Made by a program: the position numbers and the translations under genes. The notes below the pieces were generated by a model. That model was not told the DNA's origin and did not search any database. It worked only from the letters and a program-made list of their open reading frames with translations. A stretch of 64,000 bases of DNA from Octopus sinensis (taxonomy: Eukaryota): positions 1,116,001-1,180,000 of the forward strand of contig NC_043004.1 in assembly GCF_006345805.1 (NCBI RefSeq), read 5' to 3'. This document shows positions 25,786 to 39,130 of the stretch, piece by piece (position 1 is the first letter of the stretch; every line of letters begins with the position of its first letter).

Positions 25786-26566
25786 CAGTGCTTCCTAAAC
25801 TTTTTCATTCAGGACCCCATTTTTCATCACGTGATTTTTTCGCGACCCCAGGTATTAAATATGAAATAAAACATACAAATAAATACATAAATCATTAATT
25901 TTTTTGCTGAACAGTATATTGGGTTGGAGCATTTGCGGCTTTTTTCCAACAAATTTTGTTCAACAAAAACAATAACAATATTTAACAAAAACATCTTTAA
26001 ATGATTATTCCGGAGCATATTCACCACCTACTTCAATTACTGCTTCTCATTTGCTTGGCAGACGGTCAGACCGTCATTTAAAGATGTTTTTGTTAAATAT
26101 TGTTATTGTTTTTATTGAATAAAATTGGTTGAAAAACAGCCGCAATAATTATGCACCAGCCCAATACTTATAAAAAAATGTAGTTATATTATTTGTCAGA
26201 ATAAAAGTAGTTTTAAGATTTGTTCCAAGTACAAAAACAAACCAAAGTAAAAACCAATGTGTCGGATATGCCTTTTTTTTTTTGCTGCATAACAAATTAA
26301 ACCTTGGTGTGATATTTGACACTGCTGGACACAAAGTGTTTTCTACGTTTTTCAGCGTTGACCGATATTTAGTTTTAAAAAGGGTTAAAGCTGAAAATGT
26401 CGTTTCACATAGGTATGTTGTGCTAAATGACAAAAGAACACGTAATACCATTTCAGAAATAGCATATAAACTGAAATTCAAGTGTTTGAATTTATTTTTC
26501 GCGACCCCAGCATTTTGCTTTGCGATCCCATTTGGAGGGTCACGACCCATAGTTTAAGAAGCGCTG
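25786..26566 (-). mobile_element. Internally deleted Buster/Charlie-type hAT element with nested mariner MITE (25919-26164)
   Basis: TIRs CAGTGCTTCCTAAAC / GTTTAAGAAGCGCTG; 8-bp TSD ttctagag/gtctagag; residual dimerisation domain LLSFSTTYLCETTFSALTLFKTKYRSTL..PRFNLLC. Confidence 0.9.
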
Positions 26567-27559
26567 GTCTAGAGTATTCAAACCATACCCTCATATATTT
26601 TTAGTGCTATATATCTGCCTGATTTTAAGCTGGTCGAGCAACGAAATCAGCCTTCCTCGGCTGTTGTATATCAGATAACCAATTTAATTCTAACATTTCA
26701 AAAAATGCTAATGTATTAGACCATTTTCGTTCCTTTGCCCTTTGCCTTTCGGTACATTCACAACTACAGTGGTTTTGTGGATTCTAAAGAAACGAAATTA
26801 TATAACAAAATTAAATAAAGAAAACAAAAACAGGAACGAGTTGGTCCTTTGGACATCACTGCTTTTAGACCTCGTGGGTCTGGTTACTTATTCTCCTTTA
26901 ACGGGATGCCAATCCGATGCAGGTTGAACTTTTCAACCGTAGAACTCATTTGTAGCTGATTGGACGGGAACAATGTGAGATGAAGTGTTCTGCACAAGAA
27001 TGCAACGCACTGCCGGCTCACGGAATCGAAACAGCGATTTTCCGATCGTGCGTACAATACCTTTAACCACTAAGCCACTTGTCTTTTAGCAACACAATTA
27101 TAAGAAATCTGTACAACGAGGTTGAACTTGCTGCTCTGGTTCTGTCTATTTCCAAAATCAAATCCCTTATCATCGAAGTTGGTGTTTTTTTTTTATTCAT
27201 TTGCATTCAATAAAGCCAAGAAATTTAAGATTATTAGTTGCTAATGTAATTGCTAGGGAAATAGCTCGTTGCTATTCCAGAGCTAGGGAAATAGCTCGTT
27301 GCTATTCCAGACAATCGGGGCTTCCCAATATTTTTCATCACTCACAATTTTGGCGATATAACAGAGTTGCGTCCCTTACATGATTTATACATCACTCTCC
27401 CCCCTCTCTCTCGCTTTCCCTCCTCCTCCTTTCTCTTTCTCTCTCTTTTCCTCCACCCATTCTCTCTCAGCGCATTTTTTATTCGCTTCATCTGCGATGC
27501 ACTTAGTGCGTGATAGGTGAACCGAGATATGGCATGGGATACTATACTATACTATAATT

Positions 27560-28740
27560 CTTTCTAATTTTAGCACAAGGCCTGCAATTTTGAAGGAGGA
27601 GGTCAAGTCAATCACATCGAAAGACGAAAGACAAAGTTGACCTCCGTGTGATTTGAACTCAGAACGTAAACATCCGAAAGAAATGCCGCTTAGCATTTGG
27701 TCCGACACGTTAACGATTCTGCTGGTTCGCCACCTTTGTATATACTAAAATATAATCCTTTCTTGGATAAGCACAAGGTCTGAAATATTTGTGGAGGGAG
27801 ACTGTTGATTACAAAAATCCCGAAAGGACGGAAGGCAAAGTCGACCTCGGCGGAATTTCAACTCAGAACGTAGCAGCAGACAAAATACCTATTTCTTTAC
27901 TACCCACAAGGGGCTAAACACAGAGAGGACAAACAAGGACAGACAAACGGATTAAGTCGATTACACCGACCCCACTGCGTAACTGGTACTTATTTAATCG
28001 ACCCCGAAAGGATGAAAGGCAAAGTCGACCTCGGCAGAATGTGAACTCAGAACGTAGCGGTAGACGAAATACCGCTAAACATTTCGCCCGCTGTGCTAAC
28101 GATTCCGCCAGCTCCCCTCCGCCTTTGTGTATGCTAAGATATAATTATTTCTACTCCAGACACAAGGCCTTGAAAATGTTTTGGAGAAGGTGGCTAATCG
28201 ATTACATGGATCCTCGTGCATAACTGGTACTTTTTTCATCGACCTTGAAAGGATGAAAGGCAAAGTCGACCTCGGTGGAATTTGAACACAGGCGTGGTGA
28301 AAGAGTACAGGCGAGCTGGGAGAATCGTTAGCACGCCGGGCGAAATGCTTTGCGGTATTTCGCCTGTCTTTTCGTTCTGAGTTCAAATTCCGCCAATGTC
28401 GACTTTGCCTTTCATCCTTTCGAGGTCGATTAAATAAGTACCAGTTACGCACCAGGGTCGATATAATCGACTTAATCCATTTTTCTGTCCTTGTTTGTCC
28501 CCTCTGTGTTTAGCCCCTTGAGGGCAATAAAGAAATAAGAAACATTAGCATGCTGGGCGAAATGCTTAGCAGTATTTCGTCTGTCTTTACGTTCTGAGTT
28601 AAAATTCCACCGAGGTCGACTTTGCCTTTCATCCTTTCGGGGTCGATAAATTAAGTAGCAGTTGCGTACTGGGGTCGATCTAATCGACTGACTCCCTCCC
28701 CGCAAATTTCGAGCCTTGTGCCTAGAGTAGAAAAGTATGT
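27560..28740. mobile_element. Cluster of SINE family B copies (tandem on -, then tandem on +)
   Basis: Repeated family B cores and tails; same junction type as at 10.6 and 11.1-11.3 kb. Confidence 0.75.
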
Positions 28741-28754
28741 ATTCTCATGCATAT

Positions 28755-28915
28755 AGTTGCATATCTAGACATGCTCATATATACTTACAGTTTCAGTGAT
28801 GGATTGGATTTGTAGTCTTCGAAACAGCTTTCCCCTTTCTGGTTTTGAGAAGCCTAATTTCTCAAGATTGGTATTTAAGCAGTGTGTTACATATCCCAGG
28901 GCCCCAATAATGTCT
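28755..28915 (-). mobile_element. R4/Dong-like LINE extreme 3' fragment
   Basis: Near-identical to 30365-30550 (GALGYVTHCLNTNLEKLGFSKPE..LQIQSIT). Confidence 0.75.
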
Positions 28916-29265
28916 TATCCTAAAGCAGCGAGCGCGTCGGACAAAATGCTTAGCAACATCTCATCTGTCTTTACGTTTTGAGCTGAAATTTCGCGGAGAT
29001 TGACTTTGCCTTTCATCCTTTCGGCCTCGATAAATTAAGCTCCAGTGAAACACTGGTGCCAATGTAATTGATTGGTCCCCTCCCCACAAATTTCGGGCCT
29101 TGTGCCTATAATAGAAATGATATTATTTCTTATCTTAACCACCCCCTCACATCTCTAGATATCATCAAAGGATTATCTACTTCCTTCGTATTAATTGCAA
29201 TAATCATCCATACACTTAATATATTAACTGATTCATTTTTGCAGAGATAACCATAAACGCTCAAC

Positions 29266-29431
29266 ATGCCTGAAGTATTCTACAAAGATCCTGCAGGATA
29301 TGAACTGCTCAGTTATGACTACAATGGCTTTCTGGTTCCGCCATTCCCAAATGTTCACGAAAATCTTGAAAAACTTCCTGATATGGCGATAAGAAATGAT
29401 GATGTCTTTCTTCTCGGCTACATGAAAGCAG
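29266..29431 (+). CDS. Cytosolic sulfotransferase B, coding exon 1
   Basis: Acceptor at 29243-29244, ATG at 29266, MPEVFYKDPAGYELLSYDYNGFLVPPFPNVHENLEKLPDMAIRNDDVFLLGYMKA-G, GT donor at 29432; 166 nt. Confidence 0.9.
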
Positions 29432-30065
29432 GTATGTATTCTGTTGTAGCATTTGTCTAAATCAGCGGTTCTCAACCATTTTCATACTGATGGAACCTTT
29501 GGTTTCTATTATATTCCACTAGACTCTCATTGCCCTTCCATGTTTAAAAACTAGTTTTATAGAAACTTTTTTCAAAATTCCTATTTTGTTTTTCAAGCAT
29601 TAAAGTTTGAATTAATTAAAACGTTACGAAGGAAATCTAGCTGCTTCTTCCGGCTGGCTGGCTGGCTGGCTGGCTGGATGACTGGCTGGTTGGCTGGCTA
29701 GCTAACTGGATGGATGGATGGATGCATGCATGCATGTATATGTGTATGTATCCGTATGTACGTGCATGTATGCATGTATATATGTATGCATTGTTTTCGT
29801 ATACATTCATTTGCTTTCTTCTAAAAAATCTAGTGCTCTTAGCTTAGATTTTCTTGGGGCCGGCCAGATTTAGAGCAGTCTCGAGAGTAACCAGCCGAAA
29901 CTGCTAGGACGATCTGGTGCTCGACTGAAGATTGAAAGCTCCGAATGACCCGTCCTTGTTTTTTCTTGTTCTTTTTTTGTATCACCTAACTGTCCGAATG
30001 TCTTGTTGTCGCTTGTTACATTCTTGTTCCATTTTTGTTTTGTTTGGTTTTGTTTTTTATGTATG

Positions 30066-30099
<34 letters not shown>

Positions 30100-30360
30100 T
30101 GTATGTATGTATGTATGTACGTACGTACGTATGTATGTACGTACGTACGTACGTACGTATGTATGTATGTATGTATGTATGTATGTATGTGTGTATGTGT
30201 GTATGTATGTATGTATGTATGTGTGTATGTATGTCTGTTTGCATGTATGTATATATGTATGTATGTATATAGGTATGTATGTATGTATGTATGTATGTAT
30301 GTACGAATGTATATATTCAGATTTGTATGTTTTGTTTTATGTAGGTATTTTCATTCAAAT

Positions 30361-31190
30361 AGTCGCATATCTAGACATGCTCATATATATTTAAATGATA
30401 AACTTCAGGAAAGTTTTACAGATTTTTACAGTTCCAGTGATGGACTGGATCTGTAGTCTTCGAATCAACTTTATCCTTTCTGGTTTTGAGAAGCCTAATT
30501 TCTCAAGATTGGTATTTAGGCAGTGTGTTACATATCCCAACGCCCCAATAATTACAGGTATAAATCTGGATTTGTAATCTGTTTTTACTGAGGTCTTCAC
30601 TGGGACATTCCACCAATATTCCTTTTTTCATGAGTAGCTATGGCTTCCACTGAACTGTTGGTTCTTATTTCTTTGTCCTCGGGGTTATCCTTCCGGCGGA
30701 TCTCGTTATACAGTGTCCTAGCTACAACATCATGTCTTATTGGCAGATAATATTGTGATGACCTTTTCAGACAACTACTTATGATGTGGCTGATATCTGC
30801 GTTCGCAACTCCACAAAGTCTGCATCGGTTATCACATTTTACTGCTTTGCCTGTATTTCTGTCCCTTTTGTGCATCCGGTATTTGGTTGATATTTCCTGT
30901 TCCTGGATTGCAAACGCATACCCTTCAAAGTGGGAGGTAGTAATCCGTTTGTTGGTCCATGATTGACTGCTTTGATGACTAATGTTACTATCATCACGGA
31001 GCTTTCTGCTAACATGTCCATGCAGAGTCTTCTGCCCATATACGCTCATCCTTTCATCTGATGATGCATTGCGTTAGAGTTGCGACTTCTTTGGGCATGT
31101 ATTTAAGGTTATCAGAAAAAGGAATACTGCGCAAAGAGCTGCTTTCCAAGTCTCATGATATTATCAGCCTCATGCATGCAAACTTGGTCA
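30361..31190 (-). mobile_element. R4/Dong-like LINE 3' fragment in SULT intron 1
   Basis: TSHFEGYAFAIQEQEISTKY, CRLCG...SHIISSC (CCHC), YYLPIRHDVVAR, IIGALG...TGTVKICKTFLKF*; internal deletion of the RLE core. Confidence 0.85.
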
Positions 31191-31586
31191 AGAGATGCAC
31201 TTCGACACTTGGTGGTTAACAGATGTTGCCGAAAGGATATGGTGCGACATCCGAAGGCATTTTGGATCTATGTTAAACTTCTGCCGCTTTGCTTTCATTT
31301 TAGGTAGAGGCGGTTTACATCACTGGTTTTGTGGAAATTATGTGTGTTGGTTAGTATCAACTGGGTTTTCACATCAATGGCTCGGATCTTATCAAGCGTC
31401 CAATCAAACAACCCAAATGTTGTATGAGTACTGGCACTGCAAACACATTGTGGGTCACTGTTTTATGTATGTATGTATGTATGTATGTATGTATGTATGT
31501 ATGTATGTATGTATGTATGTATGTATGTATGTATGTATGTATGTATGTATGTATGTATGTATGTATGTATGTATGTATGTATGTAT

Positions 31587-31639
<53 letters not shown>

Positions 31640-31700
31640 ATTTGTATTTCTTCATATTTATTTTGTACTGTTCATCAACGTTTGAAGCTTTCTGTCGCAG

Positions 31701-32024
31701 GTTGTCATTGGATGTGGGAAATATCCGGAATGTTACTGAAAGGCTCTGCCGAATACAGCCTCCAAGATAAAACCGCTGCAATGCTGGAGAGGGCTCCGCA
31801 AGCTAGCCTAGATCAACTTCCATCACCCAGAGTTCTAAACAGTCATCTCCACCTGCATCATCTGCCACGAGAGATATTTACCAAAAAACCTAAAATGGTT
31901 TTCATGACCCGCAACCCTCGCGACATTGCTGTCTCTTCGTATCATCATTTGTTTCAAATGGCAGAATTGTACCACTACGATGGAGATTGGAACGGTTACT
32001 TTCATCTGATTACAGAAGGCAAAG
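31701..32024 (+). CDS. Cytosolic sulfotransferase B, coding exon 2
   Basis: AG/GT-bounded, 324 nt, in phase; CHWMWEISGMLL..PSPRVLNSHL (catalytic His)..TRNPRDIAVSSYHH (3'-phosphate-binding R/S)..YDGDWNGYF. Confidence 0.92.
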
Positions 32025-32423
32025 GTATGAAAAACAAATCTTCAATCATTACGAATATTTTTGCAAATTTTAAGGCAGCGAGCTGGCAGAATCGTTAGCA
32101 CGCTGGGCGAAATGCGTAGCCGTATTTCGTCTGCCGTTATATTCTGAGTTCAAATTCCGCCGAGATCGACTTTGCCTTTCATCCTTTCGGGGTCGATAAA
32201 TCAAGTACCAGTTACGCACTGGGGTCGATGTAATCGACCTAATCCGTTTGTCTGTCTCTGTTTGCCCCTCCGTGTTTAGCCCCTTGTGGATAGTAAAGAA
32301 ATATATTTTCACAAATTTCTTCTGTTCTCTACTGAATGGAGAGCCTGCTGAGAGTAAATGACATCAAATCGTGATGAGGATTAATTGGAGTCAATGGGTT
32401 CATTTAAACACTAAAAAATGTTA

Positions 32424-32465
<42 letters not shown>

Positions 32466-32539
32466 GTCACAACAGCAAAAGAATAAAGAATACTGTAACC
32501 ATTGTTGAAGATACAATAGTTTATTTTGTCTCGTTTCAG

Positions 32540-32643
32540 TGAATTATGGCAACTGGTTTCAATATATGCTACAGTGGGAGAAGGATATCAAAGACCACCC
32601 TGAACTACCCATCCTTATACTAAGGTATGAAGATGTCAAAAAG
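32540..32643 (+). CDS. Cytosolic sulfotransferase B, coding exon 3
   Basis: AG/GT-bounded, 104 nt; VNYGNWFQYMLQWEKDIKDHPELPILILRYEDVKK (YG.WF and .YED.K motifs). Confidence 0.92.
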
Positions 32644-32949
32644 GTAAATCACGATAAATCTCTTTGCGTTTTATTATTTCTTATTGTTCCAGATATTGAA
32701 CTGTCAAATAAATTCAGTGATTTTTTTTTCTCCATTTATTTTAATCCTTATTTTTCATCAACGATTTTAACAAGTCACTCAACAATATATTCTGCTTTAC
32801 AACTTCTTGCCAACGTTCCACTAACTTGTTGAGGCCTTGCTAATAGAAATCACCCGGTCTTGACTCGAAGAATTCATCAAAGGACATTGTCAGCTCCATA
32901 GCATTGTTGAACGAAATGTCTCGCAGACTCTTGAAGGGAGAAAGATTGA

Positions 32950-33570
32950 GAAAAGGGATAATCTGAAGGCGCTATATAAGACAAATACGGTGGGTGCAGT
33001 AGAGCTTGTTACGCTTGTAAAGTACATAAACACAAAGTCGTGCTAAATCCGCCACATCAGTGGTTTCATCAGTTTGGATGGTGGCATAGTGAAACATTGA
33101 TGTTTTTACATTTGAGATGGCCTGAGACAAGATATTATCAGACATCTCAGCGATTCGTCGACTGACGGTGTTGTTGGAAAGTGAAACATATTTAAGCTTC
33201 TGTAATTCGGACGTTCCGAGCACGAGTGAGATTATATCTTTGCAGCAAGGAAGAACTTCTCTCCAACGTTATGAGGTTTTTTGCAGCAGCAATTTTCCTT
33301 GAAACCTTGTAGGAGGCTTTCAGACTTGCCGCAACGTCCTGCAGACACATTCCCGTCTCATCAAACCTGAATTTGACCAATCTGTCAGTTTGGCGTCTGA
33401 AAAATTCCTTGTCCTTGTTGACTGCACTTGATGTTTCGTTTCCAAATGCCTCTTTAGTCTGCTGGGTTTCAGCGAAGAAGCTGCCAATACCCCAGAGCAC
33501 AGAGCACACTGCGCTTTTTCTACTCCACCAGTAGTAAGCACGGAGAAACCGAACCTAAAATATGACACAT
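32950..33570 (-). mobile_element. Buster/ZBED5-like hAT transposase N-terminal fragment (BED finger) in SULT intron 3
   Basis: YFRFGFS..QCALCSGVLAASSLKPSRLKRHLETKH; LSNNTVSRRIAEMSDNI..IQTDETTDVA; frameshifted. Confidence 0.85.
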
Positions 33571-33689
33571 CGTAAAAGACATTCTACAAATAAATATAAT
33601 AACAATAGGTAAATGCACAGAATTTTGAACTATTTCACTCTGTTGAGGAAATTTTGTTACTTTTATCAGCATAAATACATATATAATAT

Positions 33690-33960
33690 CACGTGACCGA
33701 CCAGACCATCAGATGTTGTTACACATCGCTGGTCACAATGCGTTCGCATTGTTTTAGCCTTCGAATGACGCCACCCCGCACGCCAACAGAAGGAAGAGTG
33801 GGAAAAAGAGTGGTGAAAGAGTACAGCAGGGATCACCACCCCCTGCCGGAGCCTCGTGGAGCTTTTAGGTGTTTTCGCTCAATAAACACACACAACAGAA
33901 TCGAAACCACGATCCTGCGACCGCGAGTCCGCTGCCCTAACCACTAGGCCATTGCGCCTC
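33690..33960 (-). mobile_element. tRNA-derived SINE family C
   Basis: The reverse complement starts GGAGGCGCAATGGCCTAGTGGTTAGGGCAGCGGACTCGCGG..GGTTTCGATT (A/B boxes); related heads at ~39175, ~41515 and ~6945. Confidence 0.65.
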
Positions 33961-35753
33961 CACTAATATATAATATGTAATATATAATATATATATATAA
34001 GATATTTTTCAAAGCTCAGTAAATTCATATTCATGCAGAAGTTATTTAGAAATTGGTTGATTTTGTTTTACTTCAATATCCTCATTTTAGTCATTCAGTT
34101 GGACTTGGGTCAAGTTTCTTACAATTGTAACGCCTTATAGCTACTTCAAAAGAGTTCAATTAAAAGTCGCTAGGTACTTTATGTAGAACGAACGTCTTAA
34201 TTATGACAGCGCTACTAGCTTGTCGAAAATATAGACGTTCTTAAATGTGTGATGGTGAAAACAATCGCAACCTCTCCACAACCTCTGCGGACTATGTTGT
34301 AAATGAGCCGGTGTCACGGCCGCTGTAACAGCCCAGAATATACCACTGCCCAGACTATACCCCCTCCAGACAGCCATCTCAGAATATACCCCTGTCCAGG
34401 CTATACCACATGCTTGCGGAAAAATAACACAGATGTACCTCACTTATAAAAGTTGCCTCAGAACATATATAAAATTTGATATTAATCGACGAAGAATTAA
34501 AAGTTACAAGTAAATTTCGATTTAGACATAGCAATTAAGAATTATTAAATGCAAAGATTCAATGTACCAATATAAACCCAATGCATAGGCAGATTGGAAA
34601 AATACTGACGACTCACGCATGTTGCACAGCGCACCTGTACTATGAGTCATGGCCTAGACTCGCGCAAATGTGGCCATTCGTGTTGGGTTTATATTATTAC
34701 ATTTTAAAGTTTGATAGTTGACCGTCATAAATTTCTAAGTGCTAATGCCAAGAACAATAAAAAGGGACTCATAGAAAAATCTAGATTCGTTTTCAAACTT
34801 TGGCCAAGAACCCAAGAAGCGATTCGCTACACACGCACGCACGCACGCACGAACACACACACGCACGCACGCATGCACACAGACAGACAGACAGACTGAC
34901 AGACAAACACACATGCACACACACACATACACGCACACATACACACACACACACACACAGACAGGCACAGGCAGACACAAACGCACGCGCACGCACGCAC
35001 ACACACACATACACACACACACAATACATATTATTACTATTACAGCTATTAGTATTATGGACGCTAGCAATTCTCCCAGCTCGCCGCCTCTAGCATGCAA
35101 GGTCTGATTATAATATGGAGTATGATTATTGAAGATGTCTTCATTTGCAGAAAAATAGGAAATTCTAATGGAGACGCTATTAAACCACTCAATAAAGTAG
35201 TTGGTGTGGTGTGAGGAAGGGCATCTGGCCGTAGAAATCGGGCCAAAAATGGAAATGGAATGTACACATGAGATGAAGTCTTTCAATCCATTTGGGAATG
35301 CCTTAGCTTCAAATATGAACTGACTTGGAATACGTTGACTCGTCCAACCCATGGCAGCATGGAAATCAGATGTAAAATAACGATGTACATAAAATGATGT
35401 AATTGTGTTCTGTTTTTAGAATAAGATAGCTATCTGTGTATCATATTTAATGCAGATATATCGTGAAAAGGCGAATTAACTAAGGTATTCGTCCAGAGAT
35501 AACATCCTTCATGCTCGTATTGTGTTTAAAAACACAAAAATATATTTATCAGTGCGTTTTTTTAAAACAGAGCTTCGATAAAGAATATTATTTTCAGACG
35601 AATTCTGCAGTAAATTTGTCTTTAGCGATGTACCTGCATTAAATATGATACACAGATGATTAATTTTATCTAATAATGCTTACTGTAAGAGTTTTTTTTT
35701 TTCACTTGTATTTTAAACTACATAACAGTTTGTGTCTTTTATATTTTGTCTAG

Positions 35754-35919
35754 GATCCAATTGGTATCATTGCTAAGCTAGCTGAATTTTTAGAACTTCC
35801 TCGAAATGACCAACTTTTCCAAGACATTGCTGACAAATGTTCTTTTTCCAAAATGAAAGCTGCCAAACCAGCCTATACTTCTCAGTTCCGTTCACCCAGT
35901 GCATCCCTCTTTCGTAAAG
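35754..35919 (+). CDS. Cytosolic sulfotransferase B, coding exon 4
   Basis: AG/GT-bounded, 166 nt; DPIGIIAKLAEFLELPRNDQLFQDIADKCSFSKMKAAK..SLFRK-G. Confidence 0.9.
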
Positions 35920-36738
35920 GTACAGTTTTACTAATTTTTTTTTTTTATTTCTTGTGTTAACACTTTCCTCGTTCTCTTTGTCCCTTAAACTATCCTGCTA
36001 GCGATGATACATTCAGTTTAATAGCGGTAATTCTTTTTAATTCTCTGAGTTTCTCTGGAGTAGGAATATTAGGTGCTCCTTTGACGTGTGGTCTACAAAG
36101 GAGATTACTTTAGGTTACTTTTAAAATTATTTTGTACATACTTAGCATTGGAAATGTACTTTTTCAAAATTCTTACTATTTTAATAACAAGAAAAACCAT
36201 ATAATAATTAAAAATAAGCACGTTGATCACCCACTAAAATAAATTTGCTCACGTAGATCACACGGGAAGTAGTATCAGTACAAAATAAAAAAGTAGCCAA
36301 AAGTAATCTCCCTTTAAAATTGTAGATAACACGGCAAAGTCACACCTTTTTCGAAAGAAATGATGTGAATTTAAGGCTGGTTTCCTGTAAAAATACAACT
36401 GCCTTCGTCTCGTCGCTGATCACACTGTAAAAATCTTTAGCCAACATCTTACGGGTTTTTAGAAATTGAAAAATAAACTAAAATATAACGTGATCTCCCT
36501 TGAAGATCGCACGCCAAAGAAGCACCGAATGTTCTCTTTAAAGTTGGTTGAGTGATTAGGGAGGAAGCAATAGAATTACGTTAATGCGCAGGTGTGGCTG
36601 ATCCAGTTTCAACTTCAGTTTGTTGCCTCAGGGTCTTAAGTTCTCTTCCAGAGAATTCTTCTGTATCCTCGGCTTACCAATGTTCTGTGAGTGAGATCGA
36701 TAGGTGGAAAATGTATGGAAGACCATTGTCTGTGTGTG

Positions 36739-36837
<99 letters not shown>

Positions 36838-36880
36838 TCGCTCTCTGTCTATCTGTTTATCCTATCTATCTATCTATCTA

Positions 36881-36929
<49 letters not shown>

Positions 36930-37836
36930 GTTTGTCTGTCTGTTTCTACATGTTTGTCCGTTTCTATATGTCTGTCTGTAGGTATGTATGTGTGTGCGTC
37001 TGTCTATATGTATGTGTGTATGCATGTATACACTGATCCACATACTTGCATGTGTATGTGTGTGTGCGTGCGTGTATGTGTAGACCAATTAACTCATAGA
37101 TCTTGAGGTTTCGTCCACTACAAGCGTTTTAGTTTTTATCTGAACAATACACTTAATTCTGAACACTTCAGTTGACTTAGATGTCTGGAACAGTTCACTT
37201 AAGACTATACATTTCTGGGAATGTTTATTATGAGGCACTGGTGTCATCTCCATGAGAAAATTCATTCATCTCTTATTTACTAAAGAGCTAACCAGCGGGA
37301 CTCAACTGCCCCTCAAGTTTAAAAGATATTTTACATTATGTATGGAATGAATTTTGTTCTGCCCGTGTATTGATATTATTAACTCACGCGTCAGTTAGTT
37401 TATTTATATGTTTATTTATTAGTAAGACAGTTTATTCATTAAACCATTTTGATAAATGATTTGAATGTTCACTGGAGAAGATCTGTCTTCATGTATGTAT
37501 ATCTTTTTTCTGTTTTTAATTCTTTGAATTCTTGCTATAAACAGTGAACGGGTTTCCAGTTAAGAATCGAACGCCTATCGTTGGTATTCAGATAACGACA
37601 TCAACAGCGAAGCTTTGCATTTTGAATTTTAGAAAGTCTTATTTATTTTCATTGTTTTACTTACAGATTAAACTTTCAGAATATTAGTTAGATATCTTTT
37701 TTTCTGTTTTGCCTGAAAACACCCAACTAGTCCAATTTATTACTTGACATTTAGCAACACAACAAAGTGCAACATTGATTCTGGGTACAAATATAAATGT
37801 AAAACTTGAACAGAGAAGTTTGTAGGTTTCAATGCT

Positions 37837-37877
<41 letters not shown>

Positions 37878-38688
37878 TGTGTGTGTGTGTGTGTGTGTGT
37901 GTGTTTCGTATGCCGTCTCTCATAACTTGTAGAGTTATGGGACTGTTGTTGATGACCTTGGCTTTATGTAATATCTCTGGGATAAGCCAATTTCGAAGGG
38001 TCCCATTCATCTTCAAACTATATACGGTAAATATTTTCCAGGAGTCCAAGGACTCATAAAGTCGGTTATCTGGTTTTCATGGTATATAAGTAACTGAAAT
38101 CACAACATTCCCCCGAAACAGGTCACCGGTCTGTTGTAAGATTCAAGGGGAGCGAGCAATTTCGAAGGCAGGGGACAAATCTATTATACCAACACCTGCA
38201 CTCAATTGACAAATCTATTTTGCCGATCCTGTAAATGTGAAAGGCAAAGTTGACCACGTCAAGATATGAACTCGGAATGTAAAGAGCCGGAGGGAATGTC
38301 GCTCAGCATTTTGTCCGAAATGCTAACGATTCTTCCAGCTCGTCATCTTCAAGCTGTAGTACTCCATATGAAAATCTGAATTCATCAATGCTCACAGAGC
38401 CTCGTTCAATTTTACTCCCCAGCCACTGCTTAACTGGTGAGCTGTGCTTCCGTCTGCAGCTATACACCGCTAACTGATTTGAGTCATTTGAAAGTTAAGA
38501 CTAAAGAAGCCATGCAGAAATTGGCGATGAGGTGTGAAGAGCCGTCCTATTAACTGCTGTTCAGCAGCCTTTCAATCAATCGTTTTCATGCTTGTATGCG
38601 TAAAGTATTTCATTATAGCAATTATATTTAGAAGCTATAATTATCTTAATGAAAACTGAACATTTCGCATCCATCTTGTATTTTTCAG

Positions 38689-38786
38689 GTGTCGTTGGAG
38701 ACTGGAAAAACTGGTTTACAGTTTCACAACACGAAATATTCCAAACGGAATGTGAAAACTTCAAGAAACAATCCACATTGTTTAAC
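38689..38786 (+). CDS. Cytosolic sulfotransferase B, last coding exon
   Basis: Completes RKGVVGDWKNWFT (the conserved SULT C-terminal PAPS motif); TAA at 38784-38786. Total spliced CDS is 858 nt = 285 aa + stop. Confidence 0.9.
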
Positions 38787-39021
38787 ATAATGGATGACGC
38801 ATCATTTTAGATTCTATATTTCTAACACACGATTATATATTTATCTATAAATCAGTTTATTTGTCTATCTGCTTGGCTATCTGTCTGCTTGGCTGCCTCT
38901 ATACCTATCTATGTATATAGATATGTTCATGTTTATACATATAGAGAGATGTCAGTACATAAATATGCATGTATGCATTCACCACAAATACTACAAGCTG
39001 TTCAAAAGATTAAATCTAAGT

Positions 39022-39130
<109 letters not shown>

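Noticed and set aside
27252-27311. Perfect 30-bp tandem duplication
   Set aside because: Two units with no spacer; a simple slippage duplication, not a CRISPR-like array.
37095-37180. Degenerate hammerhead-like motif on the - strand (CTGAAGT..GAAACCTCAAGATC)
   Set aside because: A9 is substituted, stem III is broken and there is no stem I; at most a dead remnant.
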